From contig CAZQWK010000001.1 of the NCBI GenBank assembly GCA_964597245.1, forward strand, positions 1 through 30,104: 30,104 nucleotides of DNA. Reading direction: 5' to 3'. The DNA comes from an uncultured Candidatus Saccharibacteria bacterium. GTDB taxonomy: Bacteria > Patescibacteriota > Minisyncoccia > Phycocordibacterales > UBA1006. This document shows, one piece after another, positions 9,247 through 17,961 of this stretch. How positions within the stretch are numbered: position 1 is the first letter of the stretch; every line of letters begins with the position of its first letter. The translations under genes were made by a program, and so were the position numbers. The notes below the pieces were generated by a model. It saw only the letters and a list, made by a program, of their open reading frames with translations, was not told the origin of the DNA and made no database searches.

Positions 9247-9403
9247 TATAGTGAATAGGTATATCAGCAAAAAAAATAAATGAAGAATGGAGCGTAACGA
9301 CTATTCTGCACAGAGTATACAGAAAATAATATTCACTATGTTCATTTATTCTTCATAAATTTAGTTCTGAATTTCGCGGATACATAGGCGAAATTCCTAG
9401 AAC
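9247..9403 (+). promoter_or_regulatory. Putative -10 box and highly structured leader upstream of uvrA
   Basis: TGgTATAGT at 9244-9252. Paired segments: 9280-9288/9348-9356, 9290-9296/9337-9343 (with G-U), 9369-9377/9388-9396 and 9364-9368/9399-9403. Confidence 0.5.
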
Positions 9404-9427
9404 ATTTTATATGCTGTATGAATTAAT

Positions 9428-12076
9428 ATGTCTAAAAAGCAACAACAAAACAAAATTAACCAAGAGTGGATTACCGTCAAAGGGGCGCGGACTCATAATC
9501 TGAAAAATATTGATATCAAAATTCCTCGAAATAAAATGACGGTGATTACGGGATTGTCTGGTTCTGGTAAATCATCACTGGCATTTGATACTATTTTTGC
9601 CGAAGGGCAGCGGCGGTATGTTGAATCACTGTCTTCGTATGCTCGTCAGTTTTTGAACCAAATGTCGAAACCTGATGTTGATGAAATTACCGGACTATCA
9701 CCAGCGATTTCGATTGATCAAAAAACACGGTCGAATAATCCACGTTCAACGGTTGCAACCATCACGGAAATCTATGATTATCTGCGTATTTTGTATGCAC
9801 GGGTAGGGCAGCCGTTTTCTCCGATTTCTGGAAACCGTATTAAAAAATTATCCAATCAGGAGATTATTGATGTTATTTTCCAATTGGTGACCAAATACAA
9901 CGACCCTAAAAAGGCAAAAAAAATCATGGGTGTTTCAGTGAATGAAATGCAAATTCATATACTGTCACCAGTGATCCGTGGTCGCAAGGGGGAATATTAT
10001 CAATTGCTATACGATATGCTGAACAAGGGATACGGATATGCACGTGTGAATGGTGAAATGCATAGTTTGCGTAAACAAATTAAATTAACCAAAACCAAAA
10101 AACATACCATTGATTTTTTGGTGGATAGTTTTGCGATTCATGAATTCGAAGATCATCCAGAAGACGTACGTCTGCGCCTAGGTGAGGCAGTAGAAAAAGC
10201 TATCGACGAAGCTGACGGAATGATCAGAATTCTGGTCGAAACCGAAGATGGAGCAGAGGTGTACGAATCATTATTGTCTGCAAAATTGGTTTGCCCAGAA
10301 GACGGCTATATTTTCCCAGAAATTGAACCACGATTATTTTCATTCAATTCGCCATACGGAGCATGTCAGGTCTGTAACGGATTAGGGACCAAAAAAATGT
10401 TCAGCGAGGATGTATGTCCGGAATGTATGGGTGCGCGATTGCGACCCGAGGCCTTGCAGGTATTTTTGGGTTCATACGATGAAGACAATAATGTCATTAC
10501 GGATCAGGAAACTCACCGAAATATTGATCAATTTGTGGATATGAAAATCGAGGAAGCCTACGCATTTATGGCGGATATTGATTTCACGGAAAAAGAAAAG
10601 CAGATCGCCGCACCATTGGTGCGAGAAATCGAAAATCGCTTGGAGTTTTTGATGAGTGTTGGTTTGGAATATTTGAGCCTGGGTCGGCGAGCTCATACGC
10701 TATCTGGTGGGGAATCACAGCGTATTCGACTGGCGTCACAGCTGGGGTCGCAATTGGTTGGTGCACTGTATGTTTTGGATGAACCGACGATTGGTTTACA
10801 TGCACGTGACAACGATCGGCTGATTAAAACCTTGCGAGAGTTAACCGACAAGGGAAATACTATTATTGTAGTCGAGCACGACGAGGAAACTATTTTCGCA
10901 TCAGACTATTTGATTGAAATTGGTCCTGGTGCAGGGGAGCATGGAGGTGATGTTATTGTGTCTGGTCCTTTACAGGAGTTATTGAATTCAGATGAGAGCA
11001 TTAAAAAATCACTAACCTTACAATACTTAACAGGTAAACGTAGTGTAGAATTGCCTGAACGTAGGCGTACTAAAGACAAGGGCGGTATTAGTATCGAAGG
11101 TATCGTTTATAATAATCTTGAGAATGTGAATGTAGAGATTCCGTTAGGGAAATTAACCTGTATCACTGGTGTTTCAGGTTCTGGAAAATCATCATTTATG
11201 CATGGAGTGCTGGCTAAAAACATGGAGGCGCGACTATCTAGGCGTAATCGATCAAACGAGGTTATTCGTGCGCATACAGCACACGGATTTGGTCAGGTTT
11301 CTCGAGGGATTGTTTTGGATCAGTCACCAATTGGTCGCACGCCGCGATCAAACCCGGCAACGTATACAGGAGCTTTTGATCATATACGAGATCTATTTGC
11401 AGAGACAACCGAGGCGCAGATTCGAGGATGGAAAGCAGGACGTTTTTCATTTAACACCAAGGGTGGTCGCTGCGAGGCTTGTACTGGCCGTGGTGAGGTT
11501 GCTGTAGAGATGGGATTTTTACCGACAGTATATGTACTGTGTGATATCTGTATGGGGACACGTTACGAGAAAGAAACCCTGCAGGTAACCTATAAAAATA
11601 AAAACATTTCAGATGTTTTAAATATGACGGTCGAACAGGCTCAAGAATTTTTCAAGGATATTCCAGCCATAAATGATCGACTAAAAACAATGCTTGAAAC
11701 TGGTTTGGGGTATTTACGTTTAGGTCAGCCTGCAAAGACTTTGTCTGGGGGGGAGTCACAGCGCGTAAAAATTGCTTCAGAGTTATATAGGCCCCAATTG
11801 GATAAAACATTATATCTATTAGATGAACCTACTGTTGGTTTGCATTTCGAAGATGTACGTCGCCTTGTTGAGATTATTCAACGTTTGGTTTACAAGGGAA
11901 ATACTGTTGTTGTAATCGAGCATAATATGGATTTAATCAAGTGCAGTGATCATATTATTGATTTCGGTCCCAAGTCGGGGGATGAAGGTGGACGTGTAGT
12001 TGCATATGGTACACCAGAAAATATTGTTGATAATAAAAAATCGGTAACAGGAGAGTTTCTTAAAAAACATTTATAG
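9428..12076 (+). CDS. uvrA: Excinuclease ABC subunit A (insertion domain absent)
   Basis: GARTHNLKNID, two Walker A motifs (GLSGSGKSS, GVSGSGKSS), two LSGGESQR signatures and the C-terminal zinc finger CEAC...CDIC. Confidence 0.97.
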   Translation: MSKKQQQNKINQEWITVKGARTHNLKNIDIKIPRNKMTVITGLSGSGKSSLAFDTIFAEGQRRYVESLSSYARQFLNQMSKPDVDEITGLSPAISIDQKTRSNNPRSTVATITEIYDYLRILYARVGQPFSPISGNRIKKLSNQEIIDVIFQLVTKYNDPKKAKKIMGVSVNEMQIHILSPVIRGRKGEYYQLLYDMLNKGYGYARVNGEMHSLRKQIKLTKTKKHTIDFLVDSFAIHEFEDHPEDVRLRLGEAVEKAIDEADGMIRILVETEDGAEVYESLLSAKLVCPEDGYIFPEIEPRLFSFNSPYGACQVCNGLGTKKMFSEDVCPECMGARLRPEALQVFLGSYDEDNNVITDQETHRNIDQFVDMKIEEAYAFMADIDFTEKEKQIAAPLVREIENRLEFLMSVGLEYLSLGRRAHTLSGGESQRIRLASQLGSQLVGALYVLDEPTIGLHARDNDRLIKTLRELTDKGNTIIVVEHDEETIFASDYLIEIGPGAGEHGGDVIVSGPLQELLNSDESIKKSLTLQYLTGKRSVELPERRRTKDKGGISIEGIVYNNLENVNVEIPLGKLTCITGVSGSGKSSFMHGVLAKNMEARLSRRNRSNEVIRAHTAHGFGQVSRGIVLDQSPIGRTPRSNPATYTGAFDHIRDLFAETTEAQIRGWKAGRFSFNTKGGRCEACTGRGEVAVEMGFLPTVYVLCDICMGTRYEKETLQVTYKNKNISDVLNMTVEQAQEFFKDIPAINDRLKTMLETGLGYLRLGQPAKTLSGGESQRVKIASELYRPQLDKTLYLLDEPTVGLHFEDVRRLVEIIQRLVYKGNTVVVIEHNMDLIKCSDHIIDFGPKSGDEGGRVVAYGTPENIVDNKKSVTGEFLKKHL

Positions 12077-12085
12077 TATGTGTTT

Positions 12086-12116
12086 AAAAAACCAGCGTAA
12101 TGCTGGTTTTATTTTT
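12086..12116. terminator. Bidirectional terminator after uvrA
   Basis: AAAACCAGC-GTAAT-GCTGGTTTT flanked by A and T tracts. Confidence 0.8.
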
Positions 12117-12234
12117 TACTTTTAGGGTTCATTTTACGAGGATCTTTTATTCCTCTGTTTTTTTTGCCTCCCTTTGATAGGAGCTCAAAAAACAATCTAT
12201 CATCGTTGTTGTTATTTTTTTTGGGTTTTTCCAT
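12109..12234 (-). CDS. Putative small basic protein (41 aa), not in the ORF track
   Basis: Hand translation: MEKPKKNNNNDDRLFFELLSKGGKKNRGIKDPRKMNPKSKK*. The stop falls in the arm of the bidirectional terminator, and AAGG lies just upstream of the ATG. Confidence 0.4.
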   Translation of the reverse strand: MEKPKKNNNNDDRLFFELLSKGGKKNRGIKDPRKMNPKSKK

Positions 12235-12316
12235 GGCCTTGGTTTTAATAATTTGTATGTTTCTTTTATTATGTTACATTCAAATTTATACATTGTAAAT
12301 GGCTCTATTTAATCCA

Positions 12317-12345
12317 TTGACTTGCATTAAATAGTTTGTTATTGT
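12317..12345 (+). promoter_or_regulatory. Sigma70 promoter TTGACT-N17-TATTGT with extended TG
   Basis: TTGACT at 12317-12322, TG at 12337-12338, TATTGT at 12340-12345. It overlaps the GTG at 12344, which favours ATG 12380 as the start. Confidence 0.65.
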
Positions 12346-12379
12346 GAATAACATTGAGCCACTTACTTCTGATAAAAAT

Positions 12380-13444
12380 ATGAAAAAAACACGAAAAATT
12401 AAATTAAATTTTAGACCGCAGAGTTCTTCAAAGAAGCTACTTACAAGCTTAAAAGACCGTGATCGATATATCCTAGAAAGCCGTTTTGGTCTTATAGAAC
12501 CAAAGAAAAAAACCCTAGAGTCAATCGGTCAAGAGTATGATATTACTCGCGAGCGAGTGCGCCAGATTCAAGATGCTGCACTAAAGGCAATTCGTAAATC
12601 AGATAGCTATGATGAGGCAAAAGAAATTTTTGCTGAAATCGAAAACTATATCCATGACTTTGGTGGTATCGTCTCTGAAGATCATTTCTTGGAGCATACA
12701 GCTGCTGATGAATTAGCACAGAATCATATTCATTTTCATCTTGTGGTTGGTGATAATTTTAAAAAACATAAAGAAGACAAGAAATTTAGATCTCGCTGGT
12801 CTGTAAACGGGGTACTAGCTGACAAGGTTCACTCTGCGTTGGAAAAACTTCATGGACATGTAACTCAGGAGGAGCTTCTTTCAGAGGAGCAAATGGTTCT
12901 GAAGTTTCTCGACCGACTCGATGGCGTTGAAGATGGAATGGTTGACGATGAAATCGCTCGTCAGTTCTTGTTATTATCAAAGCTCGTTGACAAAAACCCT
13001 CTTGGGGATTGGGGACTAACAGCGTCTCAAAATGTATCAGTTCGTGGAATTCGTGATTATGCATATTTGATTATGAAAAAAAATGGATCTCCTATGCATT
13101 TTCGAGAGGTGGCACATGCAATTACGGAAACATTTGATAAAAAGGCACATCCTGCAACAACCCATAATGAATTAATTAAGGATAGTCGATTTGTTCTTGT
13201 TGGTCGTGGTATGTATGGATTAAAAGAATGGGGGTATCGATCTGGTGTTGTGAAAGACGTTATTCGTGATCTTATCGAAGAGCGTGGTCCATTAACCAAA
13301 GATCAGATTATCGAATACGTTTTGAAAGAACGTTATCTAAAAGAGAATACTATTCTTGTAAATCTCTCAAACAAGGAATATTTCAAAAAGAACGAAGAAG
13401 GTAAATATACTATTACCGACAAGGTTCGAACCAAGAAAAAATAG
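12380..13444 (+). CDS. Sigma70 region-4 HTH fused to HARE-HTH/RNAP delta-like winged-helix domains
   Basis: N-terminal LKDRDRYILESRFGL...TLESIGQEYDITRERVRQIQ (sigma4). C-terminal IRDYAYLIMKKNGSPMHFREV...FVLVGRGMYGLKEWG followed by a second wHTH-like segment. Confidence 0.8.
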   Translation: MKKTRKIKLNFRPQSSSKKLLTSLKDRDRYILESRFGLIEPKKKTLESIGQEYDITRERVRQIQDAALKAIRKSDSYDEAKEIFAEIENYIHDFGGIVSEDHFLEHTAADELAQNHIHFHLVVGDNFKKHKEDKKFRSRWSVNGVLADKVHSALEKLHGHVTQEELLSEEQMVLKFLDRLDGVEDGMVDDEIARQFLLLSKLVDKNPLGDWGLTASQNVSVRGIRDYAYLIMKKNGSPMHFREVAHAITETFDKKAHPATTHNELIKDSRFVLVGRGMYGLKEWGYRSGVVKDVIRDLIEERGPLTKDQIIEYVLKERYLKENTILVNLSNKEYFKKNEEGKYTITDKVRTKKK

Positions 13445-13463
13445 TACTACGTACTATTTTTTT
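13436..13463 (+). terminator. Terminator overlapping the stop codon
   Basis: AAAAAATAGTAC-TAC-GTACTATTTTTT. Confidence 0.8.
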
Positions 13464-13510
13464 ATTTTAAACCTATACCAGCCGCCTTGAATTAATGGTA
13501 CACTGCGAAT

Positions 13511-14776
13511 ATGGAAATGGTTTTTTCGCTTATTGTAAATACTGCTTTTGTTTGGGTTCCGGTTCTTGCAGGAACTATTTTTTGGCATTACTGGATGGAA
13601 TGGAGGCAGGGGATGTATCTTTCTAATCAAAAATGGACACTGCTTGAAATTAGTATTCCCAAGGATATTCACAAGTCACCAGAGGCCATGGAGATTATTT
13701 TCAATACCTTGAATGACCCCTCGGGGGTTGGAACACATTGGAAGAAGTATTGGGTAGGGGCGGTTCCACATGAATTCTCGTTGGAGATTATTTCTGTCGA
13801 AGGTTCTATTTATTTTTTTATACGAACCCAGACAAAATTCAAGGAGCTTATTAAAAATCAAATTTATTCTCAATATCCAGCAGCTGAGGTTAATGAGGTT
13901 GATGATTATACTCGTTATGTTGGTGATTATGCAGAGCACGAAGGTTCCTGGAAATTATTTGGTCTTGAGTTTATATTAACGAATGATGATGCTTTCCCAA
14001 TAAAGACATACGTGGACTACGGTTTAGATAAGGCAGTTGGAACACTAGAAGAGGAGCAGAAAATAGACCCAATTACGCCACAGTTGGAATTTTTAGGTTC
14101 TCTACGAAAGAACGAGCAGGTGTGGCTGCAAATGATTATTCGGTCTGATAAATGGTCTTCTTGGAGAAAGGATGCTGTTCAGAAAATTGGTGAATTGATG
14201 GGGAGACCTAAAAAACCACAACCCAAGGGCAATCGCCAGGCAGTTTCTGATGAAATTGGTTTTATGTTTAGCGGTAAGCATCCTGATGCTAAAGGAGAGT
14301 CACCTGAAGTTTCAATGTATAAGGTAACTCATGGAGAACAAGAGCAGATGAAGGCTATTGAGCGCAGCTTGAGTAAGCCTGGTTTTGAGGTCGGTTTCCG
14401 CGCCCTTTATTTGGCTCGTGATGGTGCATTTCGTCCTTCGAATATTGCAGGAATGATTGGTTCCGTCCGGCAATACAATAGTGCGAATTTAAATGGCTTT
14501 AGACCTGGTCCAAAGACTGATTTTGATTATAAATATCAGGATATGAGTGGTAATCGCCTAACTTCTCTAAAGAAGAAATTTTTTAATAATTATGTCCAAC
14601 GCGCCTTCTTTAATGGCGCCGAGTTAGATCGTGCTGAAAAAGAAAAGACTCCTTTTGTTTTGACCTCAGAGGAGCTGGCGACTATGTTTAGATTCCCTGG
14701 TCGTGTTTCAACTACAGCTACACTTGAGCGAATCGAGGCAACAAAGTCAGAGGCACCAACAAACCTACCTATTTAA
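13511..14776 (+). CDS. Conserved CPR-type membrane-anchored protein of unknown function
   Basis: N-terminal TM; motifs WTLLEISIP..SPEAME, FSLEIISVEGSIYFF, IYSQYPAAEV and LTSEELATMFRFP. As recalled, these resemble the N-terminal part of CPR type IV coupling-like proteins. No Walker A motif. Confidence 0.65.
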   Translation: MEMVFSLIVNTAFVWVPVLAGTIFWHYWMEWRQGMYLSNQKWTLLEISIPKDIHKSPEAMEIIFNTLNDPSGVGTHWKKYWVGAVPHEFSLEIISVEGSIYFFIRTQTKFKELIKNQIYSQYPAAEVNEVDDYTRYVGDYAEHEGSWKLFGLEFILTNDDAFPIKTYVDYGLDKAVGTLEEEQKIDPITPQLEFLGSLRKNEQVWLQMIIRSDKWSSWRKDAVQKIGELMGRPKKPQPKGNRQAVSDEIGFMFSGKHPDAKGESPEVSMYKVTHGEQEQMKAIERSLSKPGFEVGFRALYLARDGAFRPSNIAGMIGSVRQYNSANLNGFRPGPKTDFDYKYQDMSGNRLTSLKKKFFNNYVQRAFFNGAELDRAEKEKTPFVLTSEELATMFRFPGRVSTTATLERIEATKSEAPTNLPI

Positions 14777-14779
14777 TAT

Positions 14780-15799
14780 ATGTCTTATTATCATACCGAC
14801 CTTGCGTATAGCTCAGGTCCACAAAAAAACAAGAATAAAAAACACTACACAAGAGCTTTTTTTGGGTTCTTGGTTTTTGTGTCTATTTTGTTTTTGTTTG
14901 GTAGGCAGTATGTTTTAAAAAATATTGTCGGCCCTGTTGAGCTTTCTATGGAAGAGTCCATTGTTATTCCGTCAGGTTATTCAGTTATTAAAACAGCTTA
15001 CTTTTTAGAAGAGCGAGGATTTGTCCAGTCTGCCCTTGCTTTTCGTTTCTTGGCTCAAATGCAAGAGGTATCTATCAAGGCCGGCTCATATAATTTCAAA
15101 CCCGGAGTGTATGAATTAGAGCAAGTATTAAACAGGATTGTTTCTGCGGACTATGGCGATATCTATGAATCGATTACTATCCCCGAAGGGTACACTGTAG
15201 CAGAAATAGGCGAATTGCTTGCTGGTACGATTTCTGATTTTAATCAGAAGGATTTTGACGAGTTAACCTTAGATAAGGAAGGGTACTTGTTCCCGGATAC
15301 GTATTTTGTTTCGGAACAAACAACTTTGGTCGAGATGATTGAAACCTTATCAGATACCTTTAGTCAGAAGATTTCTGGTATTCAGGAAGTTATTGATCAA
15401 TCTGGTCGTAGTCTTGAAGATATTGTAATCATGGCGTCAATTATTGAGCGTGAAGCAGGGAATGATCCTGTTGAACAGGCTATGGTTTCAGGTATTCTGT
15501 GGAAGCGAATTGATGAGGGTATGTTGCTTCAGGTGGACGCACCTTTTGTATACGCTATTGGAAAGGGTAGTGCTGAGCTACGTCTCTCTGATTTGCGTTT
15601 AGATGGTCCGTATAATACCTACACCAGAACAGGCTTAACTCCTACACCTATTGGTAATCCTGGACTCTCTGCGTTGAGGGCCGCAGCTAATCCGACTGAT
15701 TCAGAATATTATTTCTACCTACATGATTCTGAGGGGGGTATTCATTATGGTGTTACTCATAGTGATCATGTTAATAATAAAAATCGCTATTTACGCTAG
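14780..15799 (+). CDS. mltG: Endolytic transglycosylase MltG
   Basis: N-terminal TM; ITIPEGYTV, EGYLFPDTY, IMASIIEREA, LQVDAP, YNTY..GLTPTPIGNPG and YFYLHD. Confidence 0.93.
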   Translation: MSYYHTDLAYSSGPQKNKNKKHYTRAFFGFLVFVSILFLFGRQYVLKNIVGPVELSMEESIVIPSGYSVIKTAYFLEERGFVQSALAFRFLAQMQEVSIKAGSYNFKPGVYELEQVLNRIVSADYGDIYESITIPEGYTVAEIGELLAGTISDFNQKDFDELTLDKEGYLFPDTYFVSEQTTLVEMIETLSDTFSQKISGIQEVIDQSGRSLEDIVIMASIIEREAGNDPVEQAMVSGILWKRIDEGMLLQVDAPFVYAIGKGSAELRLSDLRLDGPYNTYTRTGLTPTPIGNPGLSALRAAANPTDSEYYFYLHDSEGGIHYGVTHSDHVNNKNRYLR

Positions 15800-15824
15800 G
15801 TAAAGTTTGTGTAGAATAAAAAAT

Positions 15825-16364
15825 ATGAAAAATAAAAATATTGCTTTTATTGATATTGAAACTACAGGGTTTAATGTGGAGACCCAAGAAATTATTGAAA
15901 TTGGGTGCGTGATTGTAAAACAAAACGATGGGGTACTAGGTGAGGTTGTTGAGGAGTTTGAATTAAAGATCAAACCAGAACGCCTGGATTTGGCTGATCC
16001 AGAGGCGCTTTCTATAAATGGCTATAATGAAGCTGAATGGTTGTTTGCTATGACACTAGAACAGGCAATGAAGGTGTTCGCCGAAAAAACCAAGGAGTGT
16101 ATTTTTGCGGCACATAATGCTGCATTTGATTGGTCATTTATTGCAAAAGCTTTTGCTACTACTCAGGTTGAAAATCAGATGTTTTATGCAAAAATCGATA
16201 CCATTTCATTTGCTTTAGCTAAATTGCATAATAATCCAGAGGTAACTCGTTATAGTTTAGGTGCACTATGTGACTATTTTGGTATCACTAATGATCGAGC
16301 TCATACGGCACTTGCCGATACTCGCGCAACAGTAGAGATGTATCGAAAGCTTCTTGAATTATAA
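15825..16364 (+). CDS. DEDDh 3'-5' exonuclease (DnaQ-like); start set at ATG 15825
   Basis: ExoI FIDIETTG, ExoII AHNAAFD and ExoIII HTALAD; TAGAAT 7 nt upstream of 15825. Confidence 0.88.
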   Translation: MKNKNIAFIDIETTGFNVETQEIIEIGCVIVKQNDGVLGEVVEEFELKIKPERLDLADPEALSINGYNEAEWLFAMTLEQAMKVFAEKTKECIFAAHNAAFDWSFIAKAFATTQVENQMFYAKIDTISFALAKLHNNPEVTRYSLGALCDYFGITNDRAHTALADTRATVEMYRKLLEL

Positions 16365-16371
16365 ATACATG

Positions 16372-16398
16372 AAAAGATCCCGACAGGGACTTTTTTTT
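16372..16398 (+). terminator. Terminator after the exonuclease gene
   Basis: AAAAG(A)TCCC-GACA-GGGACTTTT followed by a T tract. Confidence 0.65.
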
Positions 16399-16419
16399 CT
16401 GCAATGCTATACTGTTAGT

Positions 16420-16842
16420 ATGAGATATCGCGTGTCATGCGGGGTAATCCCGATACATATTGATGCACAAACCGGAGAAATCCGTTTTTTACTCGTACAA
16501 GGGCACGGTAACTATTGGGGTTTCCCAAAAGGGCACAAGGAGAAAAAGGAGACAGATCTAGACACCGCCAAGCGTGAATTATTTGAAGAGGTAGGATTAA
16601 CATGCAAGAGTTACCTGGAAAACACAATGTATACCGAGCGATATCGTATTCGTAAAAAGCGAGGTAGTGATATTATTAAAAAGGTTTTATATTTTGTAGG
16701 TTTAGTTGAACGTACAAATGTGTCATTGCAAACCAGTGAGTTAAAGAAATTCGGGTGGTTTACATTCACGGAGGCCTCTGTGAGGCTTGAAAAGAGTCGA
16801 CAGGCTATGCTGCAGCAAGTATATACACTTTTAACAGAATAG
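16420..16842 (+). CDS. NUDIX hydrolase (Ap4A hydrolase-like); start corrected to ATG 16420
   Basis: Nudix box WGFPKGHKEKKETDLDTAKRELFEEVG; TGcTATACT 6 nt upstream of 16420. Confidence 0.88.
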   Translation: MRYRVSCGVIPIHIDAQTGEIRFLLVQGHGNYWGFPKGHKEKKETDLDTAKRELFEEVGLTCKSYLENTMYTERYRIRKKRGSDIIKKVLYFVGLVERTNVSLQTSELKKFGWFTFTEASVRLEKSRQAMLQQVYTLLTE

Positions 16843-16844
16843 TT

Positions 16845-17942
16845 ATGAAAAAGAAGCAAAAAAAGAAAAAAGTTTTTGTAGGTGTTTCTGGTGGGGTTGA
16901 TTCTTCGGTTGGGTTGGCTTTATTGAAAGATCAGGGTTACGACGTTGTCGGTGTTTTTATTCGTACCTGGCAGCCTGACTGGATTGAATGTACCTGGCAG
17001 TCTGAAAGGCGTGATGCTATGAGGGTTTGTGCGCATCTAGATGTCCCTTTTGTTGAGTTAGATCTTGAGAAAGAGTACAAGAATGGTGTTGCGGATTATA
17101 TGATTCGAGAGTATCGCCTAGGGAGAACTCCAAATCCAGATGTGATGTGTAATCGGGAGGTTAAATTTGGTGGTTTTTTGCGCTGGGCCTTGGCGCATGG
17201 TGCTGATTATGTGGCAACGGGTCATTATGTCGACAGATCTGTTGATCAGGATACAGGTTTGGTTCATATGTTGCGCGGAAATGATCCACAAAAAGATCAA
17301 TCATATTTCCTGTGGACCTTGGAGCAAGACCAACTAAAACACATTTTATTTCCTGTTGGAGGTATGCCAAAGTCACAGGTGCGGGTCTTGGCAAAAAAAT
17401 ATAAACTCCCAACAGCTACCAAAAAAGACTCCCAAGGTATTTGCTTTATTGGGGAGATTGATATGAAGGAGTTTCTTCGTCACTATATTGATGAGCAACC
17501 GGGAGATGTTTTAGCTGTAGGTGGCGAAAAAATAGGTACTCATAATGGAGCTTTATTCTTTACAACAGGAGAAAGGAAGGGGTTTCGTATTGATCCAAAA
17601 TCCAAAGGGGTGAATGATCGACCTTATTATGTTATTGCTAAAAACACAGATGACAACACTATTACAGTTTCCCAGGATCCTATAATGGATACTACTCGAA
17701 CGCGTACTGTTGAGTTGGTTAATTGTATTGATAATACTCAGTCGTTGCGAGCGGGAGACCAGATCGAGGTTCAGGTAAGGTATCGAGGTGAAAAGAAGAA
17801 AGTAATCATCCGCGATATTGATAGTAGTCGAGGAAGTGTGGTAATTGAATTAGAAGAGGTAGATGCCACCTTGGCCTCAGGGCAATCGGTTGTTTTCTAT
17901 CGAGGTACTCATTGTCTTGGTGGAGGTATTATTGAAAAATAA
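16845..17942 (+). CDS. mnmA: tRNA-specific 2-thiouridylase MnmA
   Basis: PP-loop GVSGGVDSS; NPDVMCNREVKFG, ATGHY, KDQSYFL, KKDSQGICFIG and SGQSVVFY. Confidence 0.96.
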   Translation: MKKKQKKKKVFVGVSGGVDSSVGLALLKDQGYDVVGVFIRTWQPDWIECTWQSERRDAMRVCAHLDVPFVELDLEKEYKNGVADYMIREYRLGRTPNPDVMCNREVKFGGFLRWALAHGADYVATGHYVDRSVDQDTGLVHMLRGNDPQKDQSYFLWTLEQDQLKHILFPVGGMPKSQVRVLAKKYKLPTATKKDSQGICFIGEIDMKEFLRHYIDEQPGDVLAVGGEKIGTHNGALFFTTGERKGFRIDPKSKGVNDRPYYVIAKNTDDNTITVSQDPIMDTTRTRTVELVNCIDNTQSLRAGDQIEVQVRYRGEKKKVIIRDIDSSRGSVVIELEEVDATLASGQSVVFYRGTHCLGGGIIEK

Positions 17943-17961
17943 AGCGTGAGCTTTATTTTTT
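17935..17961 (+). terminator. mnmA terminator whose T tract is the IS481 target
   Basis: AAAAATAAAGC-GTGA-GCTTTATTTTT. Confidence 0.75.

Noticed and set aside
9404-9427. CTGTATGAATTAATAT as an SOS box before uvrA
   Set aside because: It lacks the closing CAG of CTG-N10-CAG, and no GAAC-N4-GTTC was seen before uvrA, uvrB or the photolyase.
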